From assembly GCA_000934665.2 (NCBI GenBank), contig KZ538238.1, positions 62,001-94,636 on the forward strand: a stretch of 32,636 nucleotides of DNA, given 5' to 3'. The translations under genes were made by a program, and so were the position numbers. Each line of letters begins with the position of its first letter. Position 1 is the first letter of the stretch. Positions 22,231 to 32,636 of this stretch are shown in pieces. The DNA is from Catajapyx aquilonaris. Its lineage: Eukaryota. Below the pieces are notes generated by a model, which saw only the letters and a list, made by a program, of their open reading frames with translations, searched no databases and was not told the DNA's origin.

Positions 22231-22686
22231 CACTCTAAAAAATTTCGAGCGATTTCCCACTCATTTTGAGTGAAATTATCGCTCTTCATGTTTCAGAAAA
22301 ATGATCATTCATCTTGAGTGAATCGATCGCTCAATTTGAGTGGAAAGGTTTCACTCCAGTGATCGTTTTCCCCGCTCATTTTGAGTGAAATTATTATTCG
22401 GTTCGAGGGAAATCACGCGACTGAAACATTTCCACTCAAAATGACCGATCATTTCATTCAAGCTGTGTAATGATTTTTCTGAAATTAAGTGGAAAATTAC
22501 TCAATTTGAGATAAATAACCACTCAATTTGAGTGAAATTGGTCTCACTAATTGAAAGAGTAGTCTCCCACTAATTTTCATTATTTCGAGTAATTTCCACT
22601 CGATATGAGTGATTGCGGAGTGAAATTAACTCAAACACAGCATTTTGCAAAATTGCTCCTTTTTCCACTCCAAAGTTTTTAGATGG
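22231..22686. mobile_element. Non-autonomous CACTA/EnSpm-like DNA transposon remnant with palindromic internal repeats
   Basis: Left end CACTCTAAAAA, right end TTTTTAGATGG (degenerate inverse). About 8 copies of the quasi-palindrome CACTCA(A/T)TTTGAGTG at 22258, 22306, 22328, 22373, 22433, 22498, 22520, 22597. No clean TSD. Confidence 0.65.
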
Positions 22687-25600
22687 TAAATTGCGAAATT
22701 GTCCACCAATTAGTACAGGTTAAGGCATAATAAATTGTTTGCCTAGTGATGACAAACTGTTGACTTCTCCCATCGAAAAGTCAAAATAATGTATGCAGAT
22801 CTGTACAAAATCCTTTCCTCTTGTCCCCTCCACCCATCACTTTTTTTTAAAAATAAACAACAAAAAAACCGCTTTTCACACGGTCCATCGATGTCACCCA
22901 TGTGGACAAGCTGAACAAATTAAGGTGCCAATCCGCCCCCAATGAAAAGCCGGCGATCAATCAAGCTCTGAATTAATTTTCTACACACCCTCACCCCCAT
23001 TTTTTAATCGCCCAGCATCCACATGAGCCGCAATGGATTTTTGTTAAAAAAACTTTTTAACTTCCCATCAACCCCGTACCAGTTATTGAAACATTACTGT
23101 CATGCAGTGTGGAAATCACGTTATTGACTACCCCACAGCATCACGGTCTGATAAACTCGATAGTTTTCTGGGGAACGCAACAAAACTGAGTGGTTGGGAT
23201 CACACCAACTGATGCTGCTTCTGTCCCCTCATCCAGTGTGTATAGAAAACCACCTAAGCTTCCCTGTGGGCAGCCTTCCACGTCGCCACCTCCCCATGTT
23301 CAGGGAGTTAGGCCTCCGTTGTTTTTTTTTAGGAAGAGGAAGGGTGTGCCGAAAAAGAGGATTACTCACAGAGAGGCAGAAGCACCACTGCTCATCGATC
23401 TGGCAAGAAAATTTCTACGTGAATCCGCTCACTACACGAGGAGAACGTGTTAAAACAAAACCCGAAGTTGCAAATACCCAAAAATGTGGAGGTGGATGAT
23501 TTTCGCAGCATTTTTCAATATCAAATTTTTATGGCCCGTTGGTTGATTTTTACAGTCACATATTGTTCATTAACGTGTAATGAAATCGATGCACAGGTTT
23601 CCCTAGTGTAGTACTCATTTGAATGGGTGTGCATGTGGATTTCATGTCAGGCCCACTGGTAGTGGACTATCGTACTACGTCCAAGGTGGGGGCAAGCATT
23701 GCCAAAATATGGCTACTATCGTTTTCAATATTCAAACAGAACAAATAGTCTTCAACTGTAAGCCAAACGCTTGGTGACACTTAACTGCTATCAAAATTTA
23801 AATACAAAATTTGCACCCGTTAAAAGGTCAAAGGTCAGGCGCAATTTACGGACATTTTCCAAATGCCACGTAAGCCCCGTTGCACGACCAACCGCGTTTC
23901 CACCAATAGATTAGTCCCAGCGTCCAGCTTAATTCCCTCCAAACTATCGGGGCTAGTGGACAAGCCTCCCTGGTTATCTTAATGGGTAATTCGCATCCTT
24001 AATTTCTTGACAATTAACATGCCTGCAAATTTAAACGCTTCACTGGATTTATATAAAAAAAAGTGAGTCATATTGACTTCCTCTCTTGCGCTTTTTCTCT
24101 CTCTTCACGACCTAATTCCGGTGCCCATGTTCTGAGTATAAGCTTCCCAGCATATCGCCCTATAACATGGGAACCTCTCATGGGAACCTCGTAATTTGTC
24201 CTCAGCCCTTGGCAGGGGTGACCACGGAGGCTTTCCGGAGCGGTTTTCTCATATCCTACCGAAAATAACAAAGACTGTCGGGGAGCCCCCCGTACCTTCC
24301 TCGCAAAACTTCATCAGTGGCAACGATGCACATGGGAACAGAACTCACTTTGCACAAGTGCGTCTCTCCAGTGATGAAACACTCCGGATGACTCCAAATG
24401 AATTTAAAACACCTTAGCCGCCTGCGTCGGTCGCAACCCACCCCTTCCCCACACAAAAAATACAACAAGAGGAACACTTTTTCTCTCCTGCNCGGACCCT
24501 CTCAAGGAGACATCTCTTGCATCCCAAATGACCCTAGGCATTTCCATTTTGAGGTCCGCACATTTAGGGTGCACACGATCCTGTTAATCGCCTACCCAAC
24601 TTTTAGACTCGAAATAAGGAAACTTTCCCATCCACTTGGAATAACTTACTCTTTTTTTTTTTTTTTTTAGCAATGTGTATACTGCAATTAAAGCGGACCA
24701 ATTTATCCGCAGAAATTACTGGGACCTTCCAAAGTATTATTCCGACCGCAAAATACAGTACAGCTCAAATGAATATATTCCCACCAATCGGTGCCTGCGG
24801 TTTCCCTGCAATGATGTCCCATAGTTATTAATTATTAATAATATACTGGCGTTTACTATACGTCAAGTCCTCAAATATTGCCCCCGGATTCGACACATCA
24901 TATCGATTCCGTATACGGGGGTGGTGAGAGTAATTAGTTGCTGTGAAAAAAAGAAAGCCGATATTTCACCCGTCTAATTAAACTTGTCAATATCAGTAGG
25001 CTACATACAACAGCACTCCCTGCATGTCTATTCCGAAACAGTAAACCTGGTCCAGGCAGCACCTATCAATTTTTGTAAAAAAATTAGATAATAGACGTGA
25101 AGCGACCAGCTATTAACCCTCACATCACGATATTGAAAAGGCCGCCAATTTTTAATCGCAGGCTTTTAACACCTGAATCTGAATAGTCCGATCTATTTGT
25201 GCAAATTTTTTTAAAAAGCTATTATTTTCATAAGGACCACACAAACATTTAGTCATCCCGTAAGAGAAGTTGTTCTAACCAAATTGTTTTCAAAAAAAAT
25301 TATCACCTGCAACTATACATTTTCTAAGCCAATCCAATATCAGTATATACAGTCCCTCTTAGCTAAATTCTGGATACTCTGGCTTGCATTTCAACCTCTA
25401 ACCCTTTAAAAAAACCACGACCCCTCCTCGAACCGGACCCGTAATTACCGGAATGCACATGTCATGTACGCACTCTCGAAAGTCGTCGTTAAAAGCGCCA
25501 TTAAACGCGCTCCACCAAAGCCTCTCGCTTTCAACTTCCCCAGGAAAAAAAAAAGACTTTTTTTCCACCCAAATCCTAACATAATATTCGGTCGAAAAAA

Positions 25601-26761
25601 AAAGAATCCTGGACTTTTCCAGAGATCGTTATTCATTAGGTTAGTGGGTGGAACTTGGGGTGTGGGAAAGGGGGGGTCCTCTTTTCCTATGAATTGAAGG
25701 AGGCTGAAATCTCCTAGGAATCCTCTCCCCTCATTAAGGATCCACTAAGCGAGAGTCATTTGCCTTTCTGATGAGCAAAGGTTTTCGCGCTCGATCAGAA
25801 ACGCAACAAGGGGTGTACAAAATGAAGTGCCCAACGTTTTGTTCTGTCTCAAAAGCGATTTTTTCTTCTTCTTCGGAGGCACCAAGCCTGATGAATTGCG
25901 GTTGGAAAATGATATACCCTCAAAAAACCCCCACCATGCTTTTCTCAGAACCCCTCCTTTTTTTGCTCTCGTAGCTCGAGGGGATAGCAAGTGTCAACCA
26001 GAGATTAGGCCATCAGTTTCATCATACACTGGGCCAGGAAGAGATGCGGGCTCTAACGATCGTTCAGTTGACTTCAGCCAGAAAAATATCAAAAAAAAAC
26101 ACAGATCGCACTACCGGGTATTTGCTGATTGCTGACGGCTGTCAGGTTACATTTGCGAGCTAAAAGCAGCGTTTCATGCTGATATTTTTTCCAGCAGAAA
26201 AAAACTGTCCGGGAATCGGTGCAGCTTGAAAGTTGAAAATTATGCATAATAAAAACAACGATAAGAACAAAACCTTATCGATAATTTCCCGCGCATTTTA
26301 TCACATTTTTTTTAAAAAATATAAAAAAGGGGGGCATTAACCACCAAACAACCTGTAAAATATTCAGTCGATACTGTACAGTACATTTTGCAGCCCCCCA
26401 TTCATAACCTGTGTGTGTATATATGTAGTGTCCTGCGGATAAATAAATCAGAGCCAGAAATCCAGCCCTAGCTATATCGAACCGATCCGAAAATGTGCTG
26501 ACCCGTCAAATGGAGATTCTATTTCGCCTCCATCTTGAACCGCTTTTAACATTTTTACCCCGTTCCTTCTGTCTCCTTTTTCACGTCCAGAAAGCTGTTC
26601 TGAACTGGGCTTACAGCCAGTGATACTGCGGAGATCCGACCTATATGGATCAGAAGAAAGAAGAAGAAGAAGAAAAAAAAAGAAACGCAGGCCACAATAG
26701 TAATCGCACCCCCCCCCCTCAAAAAAATAGCTGGTTTTTCAATATACATTGCTATGATTGA

Positions 26762-26875
26762 GAACGAATCGAAATTTGCCTCCAGATGACCCCGAAATTT
26801 GCCTCCGTATGACCACCTTCACTTGATTTATGATCGAGTGAAGGTGGTCATCCGGATGCTACTTTCCATTCGCTG
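26762..26875 (+). repeat. Intronic inverted repeat/hairpin with a 23-bp tandem duplication in the left arm
   Basis: ATGACCACCTTCACTTGAT (26809-26827) pairs with ATCGAGTGAAGGTGGTCAT (26833-26851) around a 5-nt loop, and imperfect pairing extends outward. CGAAATTTGCCTCCRKATGACC is duplicated at 26770 and 26793. Confidence 0.8.
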
Positions 26876-29018
26876 TTACCACCATCGGCTCGTGGCGCCA
26901 CCAGCATGACACTAAATGGGGTCTCGGATTTTTCGCCCCCGGACTTTCCGCCCCCGGCATATTGGCCCCCGTGACAAACATTGCACCATACGTATGGAAA
27001 ATACCCACAAAATAATGTCAAAAGACACACTCCGGATACCCGAGGGGCACAGAGCACAGGTACTCATCTCTTGAAGTAACTATCCGGCTCATACTTGCAC
27101 TTAAGATAATTACATACGTGCACAAAGATGGATGGTTTTTCTTTCCCTTTGCCTCTTCTTTTTTTAACTCTTTTCTATCCTTATCCTGCTGCCAAGCTTT
27201 TCTCTGGCGTTTGGCACAGACACCATTTTCCCATGCGGCACTTCGCCTCTGATGGATCGCTAGATTCGATTCCACTGATGTCACGGGAACCACACACACA
27301 ACCGACTTTTTTTTTTCTTTCCATGGGAAATCCGCCCCCCAAAAAATTGTCCGGTTCCTCCTCGGCAATCGCGTCAGACCAGTAGGCAGGCCAGGAATCT
27401 AATGACCGCACATATTCGCCCAGCCGAATCCGATTTATTATAGGGTCCCCTATCTTGCTGGTTGGAAGGAGGTAAAAAAAAAAAGAGACTTGATATTAGA
27501 CTGACGTATAAGTCGACTCTTGGTAAGGAGCTTCCGACCCCAGGATAAACCGGAGGCAAGTTGGCAGAAGAAAAAAAAAATCCGGATTGCGGAGCTGCCA
27601 CTCCAACCGTGGCGAATATTTAAGGGTGGTTTTTCGCTTCAAAAAAAGGGGGGTAGTTGTCTCATACAAGATGGCCAGTGAGCAAGTTACGGTGGTTGTT
27701 TAGGGTATAAAACATGGCTCATATCGCAGCATGAAGTGTCACACAACGTGGCTTACATTTTTCAGGAGGCTTCCAACATTGCAAACAATGGGAAAATGGG
27801 GAAACAACAATGTACAATATATATTTATGAATGCTATTTAGAAACGCCCCCAGTCCCCTAATATTCATGACGGTCAAACATAATTTGCACAGTTCATAAA
27901 GTCTTCATGCACTTTGCTGCACTTCAATGGTACTCTGTAGTGTTATTGCACACAGTAATTTCTACCTCCTGCAATGTTCAACGAGACGCACTTTGATGGA
28001 GTGGTACATTCATGCCAGGAAGCTTACTTTTTTTTATTATACATCAGAGGTGCACGTTAATTACATCCCAATTATGTGCCTCAAAAATGTTTGCAAGAGA
28101 CTTTGTACAGTACATTAAAAAATTAACCCAAAAAAAAGGAGGACAAATTAGTAGTCTTAATGTGACCTTACCTTGAATGCACCAAGGCACTTGAGGACGC
28201 CGTAATTTAACTGATTACGCTTTCTTTGGCAATTCCACACAATTAATTACTGTTCCGACCAGTGTCGGAGAGAACTCAGCTCTTATCTACCCTCCACTCT
28301 CATTTATTTTTCTTATCTACTGTGCTCCCCCCCTTTTAAGAGAGGTTTCCACTGTCGCAAGGAAATGTATAACGTTGAGAGCAACGTTGGAATTTGATTA
28401 AGAAAATTGAAAGCTCTTGTTCTACACTGGGGGGGAGGGGGAAAGGAAGAAACAAATTACCGGCCAAGTACAGTACAACCGAATAGGTCTCCTGTGTACA
28501 AAAAAAAGTGTACAAATTAGGCAGGCCCAACGCTTGCAAAAGTGACAAGTCTCCTCAGAGAATTTCTCGTTTAGCCTTTCAATTGAGTTGAAATGCAGGG
28601 GGGGGGGACTCGAGAGTTTCCAATATTGTCGCGAAAACCTTAACCTTCCCGTTAATTTGCGGTTCTGAGAATGCGCCCCCTTGTACTTTCCCAAAAATTA
28701 ATCAAACTGTCTATTGAGCACACTCATGAATTTTAGCTACCAGGACTCTTCCCAATTATTGGCCCTTGAAGTTATCGGTGATTTCGTAACGAGGTTTTCC
28801 CCACTGATTTATACAGTCGGTTAAATAGTTCAGGAAGATATGCTGCCTGGTTGTCACATAAGCCAGAAGCTGCCAATGGTAGAAACGCCACTAAAGTCAT
28901 GATTTGGTAATGAATCTGTTTCAGGATTGGCATATAATAATAATAATAGATCCTTCATTCAGTCGCCGCAGCACAACTTATGAGAGTCATTCATGCAGGT
29001 ATTCCCGAATGTCCACAG

Positions 29019-29955
29019 ATGGTCACAGGGTCTACTGTTCCACCAGGCGGCGGTGGACTGTGCTCGAGCGGCCATCCTTCTTCCCCTGGGGGTCAGCATC
29101 CACAAATGCCAGCCGGTGAACAAGTGCTCCCTGGTGGAGACAGCCTTCCTCCTGCTGGTGACCGTGTCCACCGTCAACATGCTGACCACGGTGCTCAACG
29201 ACGCTCCGGTCCTTCCCGACGACACAGGCCAGGAGAGCATCCCTCTGCTGATGGACTCGCCCCAGTGTGTCCTCTTCGGCACATTCATGATCTGGTTCGC
29301 CTCCATCACCATCAACTTAGGACCAACCTTCCTGAGCGGCGCACTGGCCGCCAACGTCGAGAGCGTCCATCACGCTCCGAGCTGTCCTTTAGTGCTAGGA
29401 CCTCTTCGGCACTACGTCCTCAACGTCCTCTGGATCGTCATCAACGTCCTCTGCGTCATGCTCACATTGTTCCACCTGTTCAAGCTCCGTCGGGACCTGA
29501 CCAAGTCCAACCTGGAGGCCGTCAGAGTGGCCAGTATGGTCACCACCATGATCGGCATCTCTGCTCCGGAAGGGGACACCCGGGAGGACAGACGCGTCCG
29601 GAACTTTATCCGGAGGATGGAGAGGGAAGGGCTACAGCGAGTCAAGATGTTCCTGGTGCTGACCTCCGCCTACCTCTGCAGCTGGGGACCACTCTTCCTG
29701 GTGACCCTTTTTAATCCTAGCGAGCCACGAGAGAGCCTCGCCTACGAGGTCACCCTGCACATCGCCTTTAGCCACACCTTCGTCAACCCTGTCCTTATCT
29801 TGGTGCTGCACAGGGGTCTCCGGAGGGCACTGCTCGACTGCCTCTGCTGCAGCTGCATCTTCGGAGATGACCTCGACACCGCCATACCGCCTCTTCCGAC
29901 GGAGGAAGAACTTCCGCTACCCCCATTTGCCTCGGTAAATCGCAACTATATGTGA
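29019..29955 (+). CDS. Coding exon 2 of the SREB-like orphan GPCR (TM2-TM7, helix 8, C-tail); spliced product 374 aa
   Basis: Acceptor ccacag|A at 29018/29019 completes the split AG+A Arg codon in frame (...KRPLRR WSQGLLFHQAAVDCARAAILLP...). Six further hydrophobic helices with D2.50, C3.25, W4.50, an ECL2 Cys, SWGP in TM6, NP in TM7 and a Cys cluster after helix 8 (CLCCSC). Codons are strongly GC3-biased; stop TGA at 29953-29955. From memory, DxxRxAIxxP (TM2), MFxxxTxxxLxxWGP (TM6) and FxxxxxNP...RxLRR (TM7/H8) resemble vertebrate SREBs. Drosophila CG13579 is my unverified guess at the orthologue. Confidence 0.93.
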
Positions 29956-30293
29956 GTAGTAAGGTCTGCCAGCTACGTTTCCACCTTATAGTGTCCAGCA
30001 CTGTATACCTTTGACTATAGCGATGCCCCTGATGGGGTCAAATAACCCCCAAAATGCCAAATACAGCAGACGCCATCAAAACTGCATTGGCACAGCAGTT
30101 ACCTGTGCGGTTTGCGCTCATCAATAGTTTATTTTTGACATTCTGGTTCACAGCGTAATGTCCTCGGGGTCGCGGGGAATTCGCCGCTGAATTCTTTGTA
30201 GGTCGAATAACAGCTCGCGCGCACCCCCCCCATACAGATAAATTCCATGTAGTTAACCCAGTTTCAGCCCTAAATTCTTTTTTTGCATGCCGG

Positions 30294-30299
30294 AATAAA
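30294..30299 (+). promoter_or_regulatory. Candidate polyadenylation signal of the GPCR mRNA
   Basis: AATAAA ~340 nt after the stop codon; a second AATAAA lies at 30436-30441. Usage is unknown. Confidence 0.35.
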
Positions 30300-32286
30300 C
30301 TGTTCGTCATTTCACTACAGCGTTGCCTCCTGTTCCTTCACGGTGTACATACACGCACAATCGACAATAGTTTAAACGGAATGTTGCGAATAATCGATAT
30401 TTTTTTCCCCCACTGAGAGAAAAATTCGCAAAAAGAATAAAATACAATCAGAGACACAACATGTTCAGAATACCACCAAAGGCATCTCACGGCTGGATGA
30501 GCCGCTGTTTCCCCCAGTCGAATACAGATCGTCTGGGCTGTAAGACAGGAGGGGCGGATCCAGAGCTTAAAATGTAAAGGACCGTGAAAAATGGGTCCAA
30601 GAAATTAAGTTTCCGCAAGGAAATCTTCCGGAGAGCGGGCCTCCTCTCTCATGCATTCCAAATCAGGCGACTAATTCGAAACGGACGCGTGTAGCACCCA
30701 GCACAGGAAAAGAAAAGGCGCCTCAGTCTTCCACAGCATCCAACAAATTCGCAACTACTCCAGGAATGCGAAACTATGTGCTTTCCTCTACTTACAGCCC
30801 CCCCATAAATCAATAGTGAGCATCGAATCCTATAGGGTACACCCAAAAAAAGAGAGGCTGGAGAGAACTGCGAGAGAGGCTGGCAGCTCATTTGCATGCC
30901 TAGCGCCTACGACCTGTCAGTCGGCATATTGCACGCCACATCAGTATAACAGCTTCAAAACCCATTCGCTGCCGGATGTAACCAGCAAGTGCGGTGAATT
31001 TGTTTTTTAAAAAATTTTTGACATCCTTGCTTGTTATGCAACCGGATGGTTGTACAACATGAGGCATACTCAGCAGGCGCTATATTTGAAGCCGGATATT
31101 ATTTCTTGCGTGCCGACGGAACCGTCAAGTGCTCTCATCTGAGTGGCATGCACCGCCTCACTTACAACAAGATTACAAAACCCTCTGGTTTTCAATACCA
31201 CCTCTCGTCTTTCCTTCTGTCGCTCAGCAGCCTGGGAGCAGTTCTCGCCCTTTGAAATGCCTTTTAACAACCGCTCTGCAATTAAGCACCGGCAGGCAAA
31301 CTCCCCTCGGGTTATGTGTTGCGGATCCTAGTACAAAAGGCAAAGTGTCTCCTCCTCCCATACCCCCCCCCCCCCCTACCAACCAGCCTAGAGACATCCA
31401 AGAATCTGTGATGTTCCATCCCTGCACTTCCGAGGCAGAGAGACACGAAACGGGTGGAGACCGTGAGGCGGGCAACACCATCCGTGGACCACCCCCCAAA
31501 ATCCATCCTATCCATCCGGATGTCACGAGTGAGATCAACTAGAGAATCCCACCCATTACTTTATATTCAGAGACGCTTTCAAAACCCCGCCCAAACCCAA
31601 CCTACTCTGGATTCGGACAACAATTCGAAATACAATCATTTCCTAACTCACAATTACCTATAGACCTAACGGATCTATTTTTGGATGAGAAAAGTTTAAA
31701 AACCTGCAGGTGGAAATATTTGTATGCAGAAGTGGGCTGCTTAATGAGCAGAAGCATTGAAGTGCAGACGAGGTGGAGGATAACGGCTTCCTGGAGATGA
31801 TGACTAACTACCTCCTTTTAAGCCTTGGAGTAAATGCTTTGGAGCTAAGTTTGCAAGGCCGGAAGATGGTTGGTGAAGGAGGTAGGAGGAGTCGAAATCT
31901 GCAGACAATTGACGTGGAAGGATTGCGAATTATTATTATATCTAATGACTGCAGACGATTTGCGCGTAACATTATATAGGCCGCCTTGTTTCCTTCCCAA
32001 CAGCTGAATCGATCCTTGCTGAAACACACAGTGCAGTTTCTGCGGGTTACAACTGTAAGTTAGTGCCGGCAGGGATTTAAATGCCACTTGTTTTGACTGC
32101 GTACGCACTAAATTTTACGCAGACACACAAAAAAACAAAAAAAAGGTTGCAAGGACCATGTAACACGACTGGATCATTATTCCAAGCAACTGAGTTACAA
32201 TACAGTGCAGTATGAATCAAGTCGTTAATGTTTTACAACAATTCACATGGAAATGTAACATTCATTCTCCTAATCGCCTTATTCTC

Positions 32287-32367
32287 TCTGTCAGTCGTCC
32301 GACATGATAGTACGGCTATCAACCTGAAGATGGCAGGAGTGTGCAGACAGGTTGCGCCATCTATGCG
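32287..32367 (+). repeat. Dispersed structured repeat, copy 2 (partner at 3122-3204)
   Basis: See copy 1. Contains the GATAG/CTATC hairpin and AGATGGC...GCCATCT inverted arms. Confidence 0.85.
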
Positions 32368-32636
32368 TGAATAATATCACTAAGTGGTAAATCGGCGGGC
32401 AGTTTCATTTAAAAAGTGATTTGTCACACTAATTATTATAGGTTTTTTTTGCCAAATTTTGCCAAATTAAAAAAACTGGCATTATCCATTTCATTACACA
32501 CACACACTGTAGCATGCGTCAAGGGGCTAGGCTTTGCTGCTGAATGTTGCAGAGAGCGCTCGATACTTAAGATAAACATCACATCCGCATGATTCCACCC
32601 CTCTCATTTTTTTTTTTTTCCTGGTCCAACTCTCCC

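Larger units (their letters stand above)
22189..29018 (+). other. Phase-2 GT-AG intron (6830 nt) of the GPCR gene
   Basis: GTAAGT donor and CACAG acceptor. This is the only nearby AG that restores the reading frame and yields a complete 7TM protein. Confidence 0.88.

Noticed and set aside
22258..22611. CRISPR-like appearance of repeated palindromes
   Set aside because: The repeats are only 15 nt, degenerate and irregularly spaced, and they lie in a eukaryotic intron with no cas genes. Transposon subterminal repeats explain them better.
28993..29018. ATG at 28993 as the start of a single-exon 320-aa protein
   Set aside because: It would lack the N-terminus and TM1. The phase-compatible exon at 22001-22188 supplies them.
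28980..29714. 244-aa alternative-frame ORF overlapping the GPCR exon
   Set aside because: Its codons start on the GPCR third positions, which are GC-rich, so stop codons are naturally scarce. Its ATG is intronic and the R/P/H/G-rich product has no recognisable domain.
29953..29991. Stop-codon readthrough of the GPCR
   Set aside because: TGA is followed by G rather than the leaky TGA-C context, and a TAG follows after only 11 codons.
28959..30001. Antisense ORFs over exon 2
   Set aside because: Typical shadow ORFs of a codon-biased coding strand.
30550..30563. AGGGGCGGATCCAG, resembling a common MITE terminus
   Set aside because: No inverted partner or TSD was found nearby.
31800..31900. 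Possible minus-strand exon after the TCTGCAG acceptor at 31899-31900
   Set aside because: All three frames close within ~35 codons and give no recognisable peptide. It cannot be supported without RNA data.
32291..32323. Possible terminal exon of a minus-strand gene (VDSRTIMSDD*) after a CTTCAG acceptor
   Set aside because: It lies wholly inside the dispersed repeat shared with 3122-3204, and there is no supporting upstream exon.
1..32636. tRNA/rRNA/snRNA genes, transposase or reverse-transcriptase ORFs, well-known conserved miRNAs
   Set aside because: None was recognised by eye. tRNAscan-SE, Infernal/Rfam and BLASTX searches would be needed to exclude them formally.

Overview
Eukaryotic (probably arthropod or other invertebrate) genomic DNA, mostly non-coding, with many homopolymer runs and four short N gaps. 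The only well-supported protein-coding gene is a + strand rhodopsin-class (class A) orphan GPCR resembling the SREB family (GPR27/85/173). It has two coding exons (22001-22188, 29019-29955) split by a 6.8-kb phase-2 GT-AG intron and gives a 374-aa protein. The receptor lacks R3.50 (DRY is NDA), P5.50, Y5.58 and Y7.53. The rest of the window holds non-autonomous DNA-transposon-like elements (a near-perfect palindromic Tc1/mariner-type MITE, a CACTA-like element with palindromic internal repeats, a degenerate Harbinger-like MITE), a ~148-bp tandem repeat and two clean hairpins. It also holds two dispersed two-copy modules that the ORF track misses: a structured ~80-bp element with a compensatory base-pair change (3122/32287) and an inverted CTCF-like + NRF1-like + CCAAT motif cassette (9547/20730). 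There is no prokaryotic system, CRISPR array or recognisable tRNA/rRNA, and I cannot claim a new multi-gene system from this window.
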